A stretch of 50,223 nucleotides of DNA from Steroidobacteraceae bacterium (GCA_036501585.1 DASYAC010000188.1:1-50223), one strand, 5' to 3'. Counted from the stretch's first letter, positions 1-10,881 are shown. Notes: generated from the sequence alone by a model not told the origin. Program-made: numbers and translations.

Positions 1-1
1 A

Positions 2-699
2 CGCCTCGTCACCATGGGCGAGCTGGCCGCGGGCCTTGCGCACCAGATCCGTACCCCGCTGGCCGCGGCGCTCCTGTACGCAACGCAGATGTGCATCCCG
101 GGGCGAAGCGCCGAGGATCTGACGCGCTGCTCGGAGAAGACTGTCGGCAGCTTGAAGCAGCTCGACAAGCTGGTCAACGACATGCTGGCGTTCGCTCACG
201 GCGGCGCCACCCGCGAGCTGGTCAGCGTCAGCGCACTCCTCGAACAGGTGGCGCAATGGCTACGTCCCGCGTTGCGCCGGGGAGTGCGCTTGACCATCCG
301 CACCGAGGCACCGGGACTCACCGTGCGAGCCAATGCACCGTCGCTGGTCTCGGCGGTGCTGAATCTCGCCACCAACTCGCTGCAATCCGCCGGCGCGCTG
401 CTCGACCTGGAATTGCTCGCGCGCCGCGCGCCGGGCGGCCGTGCCCAGATCGTCGTGAGCGACAACGGTCCCGGCGTACCCCCACCCATCCGGGAGCGGA
501 TATTCGAGCCGTTCTTCACCACGCGCGCGCGCGGCAACGGCATCGGCCTGTCCATCGTCAAGAGCGTGGTCGAGGCTCATGCCGGAAGCATCCGGCTCGC
601 CGATTCGGCCCCCGGCAACGCCGCGCGCGGCGCAACGGCCTCCGGCGCGACGGGCCCCGGCGCGACATTCATCATCGATTTACCCGTAGAGGACACCGC

Positions 700-703
<4 letters not shown>
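2..703 (+). CDS. fleS: Sensor histidine kinase, C-terminal part (FleS/FlrB type; 5' end lies outside the window)
   Basis: Reading frame is open to the window edge. H-box GELAAGLAHQIRTPL; HATPase_c boxes SDNGPGVP and GNGIGLSIV. Stop overlaps (ATGA) the start of the sigma-54 response regulator. Confidence 0.85.
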
Positions 704-2090
<1,387 letters not shown>

Positions 2091-2094
<4 letters not shown>

Positions 2095-2414
2095 GCAGCC
2101 TTCAGATTCAACAAGTGCTGGCGGAGATGCGCTCGCTCCAGGCGCGCGCGTCCGGTACTCCCGCCGATGTCGCCCCTTCGGCGTCGCAGCCCATGGATTT
2201 CGCGGCGCTGATGAAGGACTCGGTCGATCACATCGCCTCGATGCAGAACCAGGCGACGCAGCTCGCGAGCGCCTACGAGAGCGGCGACAAGAGTGTCGAT
2301 CTCACCAAGGTCATGCTCGAGGTGCAGAAGGCGGATCTTGCTTTTCGCGCCATGACGCAGGTGCGCAACAAGCTCCTGGACGCCTACACACAAGTGATGA
2401 ACATGTCGGTGTAA
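2091..2414 (+). CDS. fliE: Flagellar hook-basal body complex protein FliE
   Basis: About 107 aa with FliE-like ends (QQVLAEMRSLQ; KVMLEVQKADLAFRAMTQVRNKLLDAY). Position immediately before fliF. GTG 2091 overlaps the fleR stop (GTGA); ATG 2127 is an alternative. Confidence 0.85.
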
Positions 2415-2434
2415 CCGACCGCGAGGAATGATCC

Positions 2435-4120
2435 ATGGCTGAAATCGTACCCGCCCCGTCGCGAGGCCTCATCGAGGCGATGCCCGCTCTCAAGCAAGTC
2501 GGGTTGCTGGCCGGCGTCGCAGCCGCCGTGGCCGCGGCGATCTGGCTCGTGATCTGGTCGCAGGGACAGAACTACACCGTGCTCTACGGACAGCTGTCGG
2601 AGCGCGAGAGCGGCCAGGTCATGGACGCCCTGACGGCCGCGGGCATCGAATACAAGTTGAGCCCCTCGGGCGCGGTCTCCGTTCCCGAAGCCAAGGTTCA
2701 GGAGGCGCGCATCCGCCTCGCCACCCAGGGTCTGCCGCAAAGCGATGCCATGGGCATCGAGATGATTCAGAAGGACTCGGCGCTGGGCACGAGCTCCATG
2801 ATGGAAAACGTGCGCTATCAGTCGGTGCTCGAGACCGAGCTGGCGCGTACCATCGTCAAGGTTCAGGGCGTGCAGAACGCGCGGGTACATCTGGCGCTGC
2901 CGAAGCCTTCGGTGTTCCTGCGCGATTCGCATCACGCCACGGCCTCGGTCATGCTGCAGCTCTATCCGGGCCGCGTGCTCGATCAGGGTCAGGTCGGCGC
3001 CATCGTGCACCTGGTTGCCTCCAGCGTGCCGGATCTCGGCGCGAGCGACGTGACGGTGGTGGACCAGGCCGGCACACTCCTGAGCTCTCCGGACGATAAC
3101 TCGGAGTCCGCGATCAGCAACCGGCAGCTCGAGTACACCCATAAGCTCGAGGAAAGCTATCAACGCCGCATCGTCGAGCTGCTGGAGCCCCTGGTCGGAG
3201 CCGGCCGCGTGCGCGCGACGGTGACGGCCGACGTCGATTTCACCGTCGAGGAAGAGACGCGCGAGAACTACGATCCGCAAAAAACGGCGGTGCGCAGCGA
3301 ACAAACCAGCAACGAGACGCGCAAGGGCGGCGACGGCGTCGAGGGTATTCCGGGTGCGCTCAGCAATCAGCCCCCGGGCACTTCGGGAGCGCCGGTGATC
3401 GCGGGCGCGACTCCCACGCCGGGATCGTCCGCGCAGGCTGCGCCGCCCGCGCCGGGATCGCCCGCACAGGCTGCGCCGCCCGGACAGGCGACAGCGGCCA
3501 GTACGGGGCCTTCCTCGAGCTCCCAGCGCAGCACGCGCAACTTCGAGGTCGACCGGACGCTCGCCTACATCAAGGAGCCCGTCGGCATGCTGAAGCGTTT
3601 GAGCGTCGGGGTCGTGCTCGACAACTGGCAAAAGACGGACGAGGACGGCAAGGTCACCACGACGCCGATGAGCGAGGAGGACATCAAGCGCTTCACCCAG
3701 CTGGTGCGCGAATCCATCGGCCTCAAGGACGACCGGGGCGACAAAATCGACGTGATGAATCAGGCCTTCAAGAGCAACGGCCCGGTCGGCCCGGTCGATG
3801 GGCCGCCGCTGTGGCAGAACCCGATGGTCGGACAGATCGCCAAGCAGCTGGTCGGCGCGGGCCTGGTGCTCCTGGTGGCGTTCCTGATCTTGAGGCCCTT
3901 GATGAAATCCCTCACCAAGGGGGGCAAGGGGGCCACGGCGAGCCTCACCGGCGGCGAGGTGTCCCCGGACCGTGTGAGCCTGTCGGGCAAGGGCGCCGCG
4001 AATGCGATCAAATTATCGCCGAGTTTCGAGGCGCAGATCGCAGCGGCTCGAACGCTGGTGGGGCAGGATCCCAAGCGGGCCGCACAAGTAGTGAAGGATT
4101 GGGTTGCCGCCGATGGCTAG
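2435..4120 (+). CDS. fliF: Flagellar M-ring protein FliF
   Basis: 561 aa. N-terminal TM segment; ring-building region YTVLYGQLSERESGQVMDALTAAGIEYKL; C-terminal TM segment plus tail. GAGGA Shine-Dalgarno sequence upstream of the ATG. Confidence 0.95.
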   Translation: MAEIVPAPSRGLIEAMPALKQVGLLAGVAAAVAAAIWLVIWSQGQNYTVLYGQLSERESGQVMDALTAAGIEYKLSPSGAVSVPEAKVQEARIRLATQGLPQSDAMGIEMIQKDSALGTSSMMENVRYQSVLETELARTIVKVQGVQNARVHLALPKPSVFLRDSHHATASVMLQLYPGRVLDQGQVGAIVHLVASSVPDLGASDVTVVDQAGTLLSSPDDNSESAISNRQLEYTHKLEESYQRRIVELLEPLVGAGRVRATVTADVDFTVEEETRENYDPQKTAVRSEQTSNETRKGGDGVEGIPGALSNQPPGTSGAPVIAGATPTPGSSAQAAPPAPGSPAQAAPPGQATAASTGPSSSSQRSTRNFEVDRTLAYIKEPVGMLKRLSVGVVLDNWQKTDEDGKVTTTPMSEEDIKRFTQLVRESIGLKDDRGDKIDVMNQAFKSNGPVGPVDGPPLWQNPMVGQIAKQLVGAGLVLLVAFLILRPLMKSLTKGGKGATASLTGGEVSPDRVSLSGKGAANAIKLSPSFEAQIAAARTLVGQDPKRAAQVVKDWVAADG

Positions 4121-5123
4121 CAAGCCGGGTGATCTCGCAGGGACCGATCGCGCCGCGATCTTGCTCATGAGCCTGGGCGAGCAGGACGCGGCCAATCTCC
4201 TGAAACAGCTCGACGCGCGCGAGGTCCAAAGACTCGGCGTCGCGATGGCGGAGCTCAAGGAGGTCTCGCGCGAGCAGATGACCTCGGTGCTCGATACCTT
4301 CATCGGCGTGGTCGACGGGAAGGCCAACATCGCCTCGGGCTCGCAAGACTACGTGCGGCGTGTGCTCACACAGGCCGTGGGCAAGCACAAGACCGATCTG
4401 CTCCTCGATCGCGTGTCCACCGGACAGACCGGCCAGGGCATCGAGGCGCTGAAGTGGATGGACGCCAAGGCCGTGGCGCAGATCATCTCCGGCGAGCATC
4501 CGCAGATCGCCGCGATCGTGCTCTCGCATCTGGACGCCGAACAGTCGGCGGCCATCCTGCCGCTCCTGACCGAGGATATGCGCACCGAGGTGTTGATGCG
4601 CATCGCCACGCTGAACGAGGTCCCGCAGACCGCGTTGACGGAGCTCGATCAACTGGTCGAGAAACAGGCCAACGTCGCGCCCCCCGCGCCGCTGCGCCGG
4701 ATCGGCGGCGCGCGGACCGTCGCCAACATCTTGAATGCCATGGAACGCGAGAAGAGCGGCGAGGAGCTCGGCAAGATCGAGAAGGCCGACACCGAGATGC
4801 ATCAGCAGATCAAGGATCTGCTGTTCATCTTCGACAACCTCCTCGACGTTGGCGACCGCGGCATCCAGGCCCTGTTGCGCGAGGTCGGCTCCGATACGCT
4901 GGCCGTCGCCCTGCGCGGGGCCGAGCCCGAGGTGCAGGAGAAGATACTCAAGAACATGTCGAAGCGTGCCGCGGAAATTCTCAAGGACGACATGGAGGCG
5001 CGCGGCCCCGTGAAGCTCGTCGAGGTCGAGGCGGCGCAGAAGGAGATCGTCGTGATCGCGCAGCGCCTGGCGGAGGAAGGCACCATCAGTCTCGGCGGCA
5101 AGGGCGGCGCCGAGTTTGTCTGA
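4113..5123 (+). CDS. fliG: Flagellar motor switch protein FliG
   Basis: FliG-like blocks GTDRAAILLMSLGE, EHPQIAAIVLSHL, LLFIFDNL and MSKRAAEILKDDME. ATG 4113 preferred over ORF-track TTG 4104. Overlaps the end of fliF. Confidence 0.93.
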   Translation: MASKPGDLAGTDRAAILLMSLGEQDAANLLKQLDAREVQRLGVAMAELKEVSREQMTSVLDTFIGVVDGKANIASGSQDYVRRVLTQAVGKHKTDLLLDRVSTGQTGQGIEALKWMDAKAVAQIISGEHPQIAAIVLSHLDAEQSAAILPLLTEDMRTEVLMRIATLNEVPQTALTELDQLVEKQANVAPPAPLRRIGGARTVANILNAMEREKSGEELGKIEKADTEMHQQIKDLLFIFDNLLDVGDRGIQALLREVGSDTLAVALRGAEPEVQEKILKNMSKRAAEILKDDMEARGPVKLVEVEAAQKEIVVIAQRLAEEGTISLGGKGGAEFV

Positions 5124-5727
5124 CGCCATCGTCAAAGTCTGGGCCGCGCCGGACATGGGCAAGGGCTCCGCCGGCCACAAGTTGCCGACGGTGAGCGGGC
5201 TCGCGGATCTGCAGGCGGAGGCCCACAAGGAGGCCTTCGAGCAGGGTCTGGCGGAGGGACGCGAGGCGGGCCGTGCAGAAGTCCGCGCCCAGGTCGAGAG
5301 GCTCGAGGGCATGTTCTATGATCTCGCCAAGCCGTTCGAGGAGCTGGATACCGAGGTGGAGCGGGAGCTGTTGACGCTCGCCATGACGCTCGCGCGACAG
5401 ATCGTGCGGCGCGAGTTGAAGACCGATCCCACCCAGATCATCGGCATCGTGCGCGAGGCGATCGCCGCGCTGCCCGTCGCCGTGCGCGACGTGCGGGTTC
5501 ATCTGCATCCCGAGGATGCCGCGGTGGTGCGTCAGAACCTGGCGCCGACGGAAAGCGAGCGGGCCTGGCAGCTGGTGGAAGATCCCGTCATGGCGCGCGG
5601 CGGCTGCCAGATCACCACGGCCACGTCGCGCGTCGACGCCCGGCTCGAGACTCGTCTCGGGGCGATAGTGAGCGAGCTCATGGGAACCGAGCGTCACGGA
5701 TCGAGCTCGCGCGGGAGCGGCGCGTGA
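5116..5727 (+). CDS. fliH: Flagellar assembly protein FliH
   Basis: 203 aa. Charged coiled-coil N-half and FliH-like C-half (VRVHLHPEDAAVV, GGCQITT). Lies between fliG and fliI. TTG 5116 overlaps the fliG stop; the start is uncertain (ATG 5155 alternative). Confidence 0.8.
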   Translation: MSDAIVKVWAAPDMGKGSAGHKLPTVSGLADLQAEAHKEAFEQGLAEGREAGRAEVRAQVERLEGMFYDLAKPFEELDTEVERELLTLAMTLARQIVRRELKTDPTQIIGIVREAIAALPVAVRDVRVHLHPEDAAVVRQNLAPTESERAWQLVEDPVMARGGCQITTATSRVDARLETRLGAIVSELMGTERHGSSSRGSGA

Positions 5728-7103
5728 GCGCGGCGCGCGGGTCCGCCTCGAAACGATGGGCGCAATCGCTGGTGCAAGTGCGCGAGCGCATGGCGAACGG
5801 CTCGGAATTCGTGGTCGAGGGCACGCTCAGCCGAATGGTCGGCATGACGCTCGAGGCCGTCGGCTGCGAGGCCGCCGTGGGCGGCCGCTGTCTGGTCGAC
5901 ACCGCCGAAGGAAAGCAAATCGAGGCGGAGGTGGTCGGCTTCTCGGGCGACAAGCTGTTTCTGATGCCGACCGGCGATATCCGCGGCATCATGCCGGGCG
6001 CCCGGGTCATTCCGACGCGCAGCGTGAGCTCGGTGGCGGTGGGCAACGAGCTCCTCGGCCGGGTCCTCGACGGCGCGGGACGCCCGCTCGACGGCATGGG
6101 AGAACTTCGCTGCGCCGATGAGGTATCCCTGACCGGCGAGCCGCTCAACCCCCTGCTGCGGCGTGCGATCCGAGACCCCTTGGATGTGGGCGTGCGCTCC
6201 ATCAATTCGCTGCTCTCGGTGGGCGGCGGACAGCGCATCGGCCTGTTCGCCGGATCGGGCGTCGGCAAGTCAGTGCTGCTCGGGATGATGACGCGCTACA
6301 CCAAGGCGGATGTGACCGTGGTGGGCCTGATCGGCGAGCGCGGCCGCGAAGTGCAGGATTTCGTCAGCAATACCCTGGGGCCGGACGGCATGCGGCGCGC
6401 CGTGGTGGTCGCAACGCCCGCCGACAATCCGCCGCTCATGCGGATGCACGGCGCGTGGCTGGCGCATGCCATCGCCGAATATTTCCGCGACCGGGGGAAG
6501 AAGGTCCTGCTGCTGTTCGATTCGTTGACCCGCTTCGCCCAGGCGCAGCGCGAGATCGCGCTCGCCATCGGCGAGCCGCCCGCGACCAAGGGTTATCCGC
6601 CCTCGGTCTTCGCGCGGCTGCCGCAACTGGTCGAGCGCGCGGGGAACAGCGACCGCGGCGTCGGCTCCATCACCGCGTTCTATACCGTGCTCGCCGAAGG
6701 CGACGATCAGAACGATCCGATCGCGGATGCCGCGCGCGCCATCCTGGACGGGCACATCGTGCTGTCGCGCCGGCTGGCGGAAAGCGGGCTGTATCCCGCG
6801 ATCGATGTCGAGGCGTCCATCAGCCGCGCCATGCATCAGATCGCCACCCGCGAACAGCTCGACCTCGCGACCCGCTTCAAACAGGTCTACTCGACCTATC
6901 AGCAGAACCGGGATCTGATCACCGTGGGCGCCTACCGGCGCGGTGCTGACGCCCGGGTGGACCAGGCGGTGGAGCAATGGCCGAAAATTCAGGAATTCCT
7001 GCGCCAGGACATGTACCAGCCCGTGACCGCCGAACGCAGTTACGCCGACCTCAAGCAACTCGTGACGCAGTTCTCGGCGCCGCAGGCGGCACCGGGCAGA
7101 TAG
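5724..7103 (+). CDS. fliI: Flagellum-specific ATPase FliI
   Basis: Walker A GSGVGKS; Walker B-like LLLFDSLTR; T3SS/F1 ATPase family length (459 aa). GTG start overlaps the fliH stop. Confidence 0.95.
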   Translation: MSAARGSASKRWAQSLVQVRERMANGSEFVVEGTLSRMVGMTLEAVGCEAAVGGRCLVDTAEGKQIEAEVVGFSGDKLFLMPTGDIRGIMPGARVIPTRSVSSVAVGNELLGRVLDGAGRPLDGMGELRCADEVSLTGEPLNPLLRRAIRDPLDVGVRSINSLLSVGGGQRIGLFAGSGVGKSVLLGMMTRYTKADVTVVGLIGERGREVQDFVSNTLGPDGMRRAVVVATPADNPPLMRMHGAWLAHAIAEYFRDRGKKVLLLFDSLTRFAQAQREIALAIGEPPATKGYPPSVFARLPQLVERAGNSDRGVGSITAFYTVLAEGDDQNDPIADAARAILDGHIVLSRRLAESGLYPAIDVEASISRAMHQIATREQLDLATRFKQVYSTYQQNRDLITVGAYRRGADARVDQAVEQWPKIQEFLRQDMYQPVTAERSYADLKQLVTQFSAPQAAPGR

Positions 7104-7113
7104 TAGCCAAGTT

Positions 7114-7569
7114 ATGACAAAGTCCAAGCGATTCGAACCCATCCACGAGATGGCCTCCAACTCGGCCGACGCGCTGAGCCGCCCCATGGCGGACGCCGCG
7201 CGCAAAGTGGCGGATCTGGAGCGGCAGCTGGCTCAACTCGAAACCTACCGCGACGAGTACGTGCGCAACTCGGCCGTCGCCGGCGGCGCGATGGACGCGG
7301 TGAAATTGCAGAATTACCGCTCCTTTCTCGACCGCCTGGGCGATGCGATGCGCCAGCACGTCAAGAATCTCGATGCGGCGCGCGCCGACTACGAGCGCCG
7401 ACGGCTGCAGTGGAGCGAGAAGCGCATCGAAGCGGAGTCGCTGGAGCGCGCCGTCGAGCGCTTCCGTGCGGAGGAGCAGCGCGCCGCCGACCGGCGCGAT
7501 CAGCGCGAGCTCGACGATGCCGCGATCCGCATGTCGCTCGCGGCTCACGCCGAGTCCGGGAATCGTTGA
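7114..7569 (+). CDS. fliJ: Flagellar export chaperone FliJ
   Basis: 151-aa coiled-coil protein (LETYRDEY, NYRSFLDRL) immediately after fliI. Confidence 0.85.
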   Translation: MTKSKRFEPIHEMASNSADALSRPMADAARKVADLERQLAQLETYRDEYVRNSAVAGGAMDAVKLQNYRSFLDRLGDAMRQHVKNLDAARADYERRRLQWSEKRIEAESLERAVERFRAEEQRAADRRDQRELDDAAIRMSLAAHAESGNR

Positions 7570-9386
7570 ACGTGGGGCCGGCGGACATCTCGCCGGCGCT
7601 GTTCGCGCTGCATAACGGTGCCCGCTACAGGACACCGATAGATCTCAAGATCACCCCCGATCCCGGGGCGCGGTATCTGGTGGTGGGGGGCTGCCTCGCC
7701 GAGCCGATGCCCCAGGTGGGCTCGCTGATCGACAAAGCCTGCCAAGGCGACTTCCTGCTGCTCAACAATCTCGACGCGCTTCCCGAGATGCCGGACGCCG
7801 GCGGGCCGCAGTACGACTTCCAGATCGTCCACATTCCCTTGAGGACGATTCTGGGCACGGCCTATTTCCGGCTCGAGGACCGCCTCGAGGCGCACGAAGA
7901 TTTCCTGCGTGAGACCGAGGACTGCCTGGCACGCTATCTCTCCAACGCCATGAGGCTCAACGCCGAGAGCAAGCTGCTGACGTTCGTGCTGGGATTTGCG
8001 GTGCCTCAGCAGAACCCGCTCGGGCGGTTCCAGGCACGCTACGACCTGCGCAACGTCATGCACTTCATCGAGCGGCTCAACATGTTCCTCGCCGCGGAGA
8101 CCGCGAAACGAGAGAACGCCTACTTCGTCGATGTCGACCAAATATCGGCCGGCATCGGCAAGCAGCACTGCCAGGACGACGGCGTGTGGTCGTTCACGCA
8201 CGGAACCACCTTGAGCGACGGGGACCACGATCACGATCTCGGCAGGATTCATCCGCCGCTGCCCATGCAGAAGCACTACTCCGCGAAATGGTTCGAGTTC
8301 TTCGAGGCCCTGATGCGCGAGATCTTCGCCATGTACCGCACCCTCGGCAGGCGCGACACGGTGAAGCTCGTGGCCGTGGATCTCGACGACACGCTGTGGC
8401 GCGGCGTGGCGGCGGAGGGGACGCTCGGCATCCTGGAAGGCTGGCCGATGGGCTTCATGGAGACTCTGCTGATCCTCAAGAGGCGCGGCATTCTGCTCGC
8501 CATCGTCAGCAAGAACGACGAGGAGTTCATCGTCGAGCACTGGGAGAGGATCGTACAGGGCCACCTTCGCCTCTCGGACTTCGCCGCGCGCAGGATCAAT
8601 TTTCGCGCCAAGGCGGAGAACCTCGCCGAGATTCTGGCCGAGCTCAATCTGCGTCCCGAGAATACGGTGATGATCGACGACAATCCGGTGGAGCGCGCCT
8701 CGGTCCAGGCGGGGTTGCCCGGGTTGCGCGTGCTCGGGTCGCACCCGTACTACTTGAAGCGGACGCTGCTGTGGTCGGCGGAGACGCAGCAGCCGTCGCT
8801 GACCTGGGAATCGAGCCTCCGCACCGAGATGGCGCAGGCGCAGCTCGAGCGGGAGGCGAACCGCAAGACGCTTCCTCAGGAGGAGTTCCTGAACACCCTA
8901 GAGCTCAAGGCGACCGTGGCGCCCGTCCGGTCGGTCTCGAGTCTGCACATGAATCGTGCCCTGGAGCTCCTCAACAAGACCAACCAATTCAACACCACCG
9001 GCGTTCGACATACCCTGGAGCAATGCCATCGGAGGTTCGAGGGAGGCGAGGCGCTGTACGTGATGATCGCGGAGGATCGGTTCACCCAATACGGACTCAT
9101 CGGAGCTGCGTGGAAGACGCAAGATTGCATCGACCAGCTGGTGATGAGCTGCCGCGCGCTCGGCCTGGGGCTGGAGGATGCCCTGCTGTCGTATCTGGTG
9201 AACGAGAAACGTGAGACCATATTCGGCAAGTTGCTCCCCACCGAGGCCAACATGGCTTGCCGTCCGATCTACCGCCGAAATGGCTTCGTTCCGGTCGAGG
9301 GGGATCCCGGTCTGTGGCGCCGCGCGGCCGCCGCGCCCCTGAAGCGGCCGAACCACGTGGCGCTTGCCGTCGCCGATGGAGGATGA
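7566..9386 (+). CDS. FkbH-like HAD-superfamily IIIC phosphatase with C-terminal GNAT-like domain
   Basis: HAD motifs VAVDLDDTLW (DxDxT), AIVSKNDE and MIDDNPVE. N-terminal SGNH/flavodoxin-like region. C-terminal GNAT-like fold (CRALGLGLEDALL, YRRNGF). ORF-track start 7410 lies inside fliJ, so it is trimmed to TTG 7566 (overlaps the fliJ TGA) or GTG 7572. Confidence 0.8.
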   Translation: MNVGPADISPALFALHNGARYRTPIDLKITPDPGARYLVVGGCLAEPMPQVGSLIDKACQGDFLLLNNLDALPEMPDAGGPQYDFQIVHIPLRTILGTAYFRLEDRLEAHEDFLRETEDCLARYLSNAMRLNAESKLLTFVLGFAVPQQNPLGRFQARYDLRNVMHFIERLNMFLAAETAKRENAYFVDVDQISAGIGKQHCQDDGVWSFTHGTTLSDGDHDHDLGRIHPPLPMQKHYSAKWFEFFEALMREIFAMYRTLGRRDTVKLVAVDLDDTLWRGVAAEGTLGILEGWPMGFMETLLILKRRGILLAIVSKNDEEFIVEHWERIVQGHLRLSDFAARRINFRAKAENLAEILAELNLRPENTVMIDDNPVERASVQAGLPGLRVLGSHPYYLKRTLLWSAETQQPSLTWESSLRTEMAQAQLEREANRKTLPQEEFLNTLELKATVAPVRSVSSLHMNRALELLNKTNQFNTTGVRHTLEQCHRRFEGGEALYVMIAEDRFTQYGLIGAAWKTQDCIDQLVMSCRALGLGLEDALLSYLVNEKRETIFGKLLPTEANMACRPIYRRNGFVPVEGDPGLWRRAAAAPLKRPNHVALAVADGG

Positions 9387-9618
9387 CCCCGGCGGTTCGG
9401 CGTCCTCCGCTCCCGTGAGCGTGCCGCATACCGCACTCTCCCCGGACGTCTTGAGGGCGGTCATCGAGTCCTTCGTGCTGCGCGAGGGCACCGATTACGG
9501 CGAGCGCGAGCTGTCGCTCGATGAGAAGTTCGCGCGAGTTTTGCGGCTCCTCGAGGGCGGCGAGGTGCGGATCGTGTTCGATCCGCAAACTGAAACCGTG
9601 GATATCCAGAGGCCGTGA
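9376..9618 (+). CDS. YheU-family protein (UPF0270)
   Basis: 80 aa. Core LSPDVLRAVIESFVLREGTDYGERELSLDEK resembles the YheU family signature (LIESFVLREGTDYG). ATG 9376 overlaps the end of the FkbH-like gene (TTG 9364 alternative). Confidence 0.7.
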   Translation: MEDDPGGSASSAPVSVPHTALSPDVLRAVIESFVLREGTDYGERELSLDEKFARVLRLLEGGEVRIVFDPQTETVDIQRP

Positions 9619-10844
9619 GTCGTCCGGTCATTGCGGGGCATCCGGCGATCGTCGATGCCGAAGGACGGCTGACGCCCTGGACCTCCTGGAATCGGGCGCT
9701 GGACCTGGAGATGAGCTTCTATCGTCAATGCCCGTGGGACCGAGGGTACCCGCGGTTCGCGTACGTCACGTTCCTGGATGCGGACTGGACGCCGAGCGCG
9801 GACCGCGCCGATACCATTCCGTCCACGCAGATCGGCATGGGCATTCTCTCTTATCTCAAGTACGCGCAGCTGCGCGGCGAGCGCGGGGACAAGTCGCTGT
9901 CGATCGCCCGCGGCATGGGCGACTATCTGGTGAAGGAGGCGCTGACGCCGAAAAGCGGCAAGTACCCCTCTTTCACGCGCTCCACCGGGAAACGCGATTG
10001 CTTCCCGCTGCCCGACGATGCGGGTTCCCAGGCCGACCGGCCGTTCGAAATCGAGCCGGACAAGGGAGGTGTGGCCGGATATGCGCTGGCGTTGCTGGCC
10101 GAGGCGACGGGCGAGCGAAAATATCTCGATCAGGCGCTGCAAAATGCCCGGGTACTCGCGGCCAACCAGCGCGAGGGCGACGCCTTCCATTCGCCCTGGC
10201 CGTTTCGCGCCGATTTCCGAACCGGCGAGGGCCGCGGGCCGGTATCGGGGAATACCGCCTATATTTTGCGTCTGTACGACGAATTGATCGCACAGGGTTT
10301 CGGCGAATTCTCGGCATCGCGGGAGGCGCTGTGGAGCTGGATCACGGGCTATCAGATGCCGAGCGCGCTCGGCGACGGATCACTGTTCGCGCAGTTCTTC
10401 GAGGATCACGACACCCCGACCAACCGCACCGCTTGGGCGCCGCTGAATCTCGCGCGCTACCTGCTCGAGCAAAAAGGTTCCTTGTACCGAGACTGGCGCA
10501 CCGACTGCGATGCGTTGATCGATTTCGTCCGCCGCACGTTCACGCATACCGAGTTCGGCGTCACCGTGTGCCACGAACAGGACGAGGACCATCAGGCGTG
10601 GGGCGGCGTCGTGTCCACTTATGGCGCGGTGCTCGCGATGTACGCCAAGGCGGTCGGCTCCGCGGCGCTGGCGGCCGAGGCCCGGGAGGCGCTTACGTTC
10701 GCGCTCTATTCCATCGATGAGCAGGGCCGGCCGCGCGATCTGTTCCTGAAGGCCGATCCCGGCGGATGGCAGGAGGATGCGCACACGGACGTGGTCCACA
10801 ACGTGATCGATGCCCTGCGAGAGAACCCGGAATGGGGCGACTGA
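9615..10844 (+). CDS. Hypothetical cytoplasmic protein, possibly an alpha/alpha-toroid (six-hairpin or LanC-like) fold
   Basis: 409-aa ORF. GTG start overlaps the yheU stop (GTGA). No signal peptide or TM segment. Repeated helical hairpin-like segments such as GGVAGYALALLAEATGERKYLDQAL. The fold assignment is a guess. Confidence 0.6.
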   Translation: MSRPVIAGHPAIVDAEGRLTPWTSWNRALDLEMSFYRQCPWDRGYPRFAYVTFLDADWTPSADRADTIPSTQIGMGILSYLKYAQLRGERGDKSLSIARGMGDYLVKEALTPKSGKYPSFTRSTGKRDCFPLPDDAGSQADRPFEIEPDKGGVAGYALALLAEATGERKYLDQALQNARVLAANQREGDAFHSPWPFRADFRTGEGRGPVSGNTAYILRLYDELIAQGFGEFSASREALWSWITGYQMPSALGDGSLFAQFFEDHDTPTNRTAWAPLNLARYLLEQKGSLYRDWRTDCDALIDFVRRTFTHTEFGVTVCHEQDEDHQAWGGVVSTYGAVLAMYAKAVGSAALAAEAREALTFALYSIDEQGRPRDLFLKADPGGWQEDAHTDVVHNVIDALRENPEWGD

Positions 10845-10881
10845 ACCGCGATCACCGCGGCGGTGCAGACGGCGCAGACCC

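Noticed and set aside
7410-7565. N-terminal extensions in the ORF track: 91 for fleR, 7410 for FkbH, 11977 for S8, 14211 for fliK, 24165-25292, 25124-25726, 27983 for the methyltransferase, 30733-32214, 32730 for the response regulator, and 46171 for fleN.
   Set aside because: The extensions overlap the preceding or opposite-strand gene and translate to Arg/Pro-rich nonsense. Internal starts give canonical N-termini, Shine-Dalgarno sequences or ATGA/GTGA coupling, so the starts were trimmed.
10846-10860. Small hairpin ccgcg-atcac-cgcgg between the convergent 409-aa ORF and the anti-sigma gene.
   Set aside because: The stem is only 5 bp and there is no U-tract, which is too weak to call a terminator.
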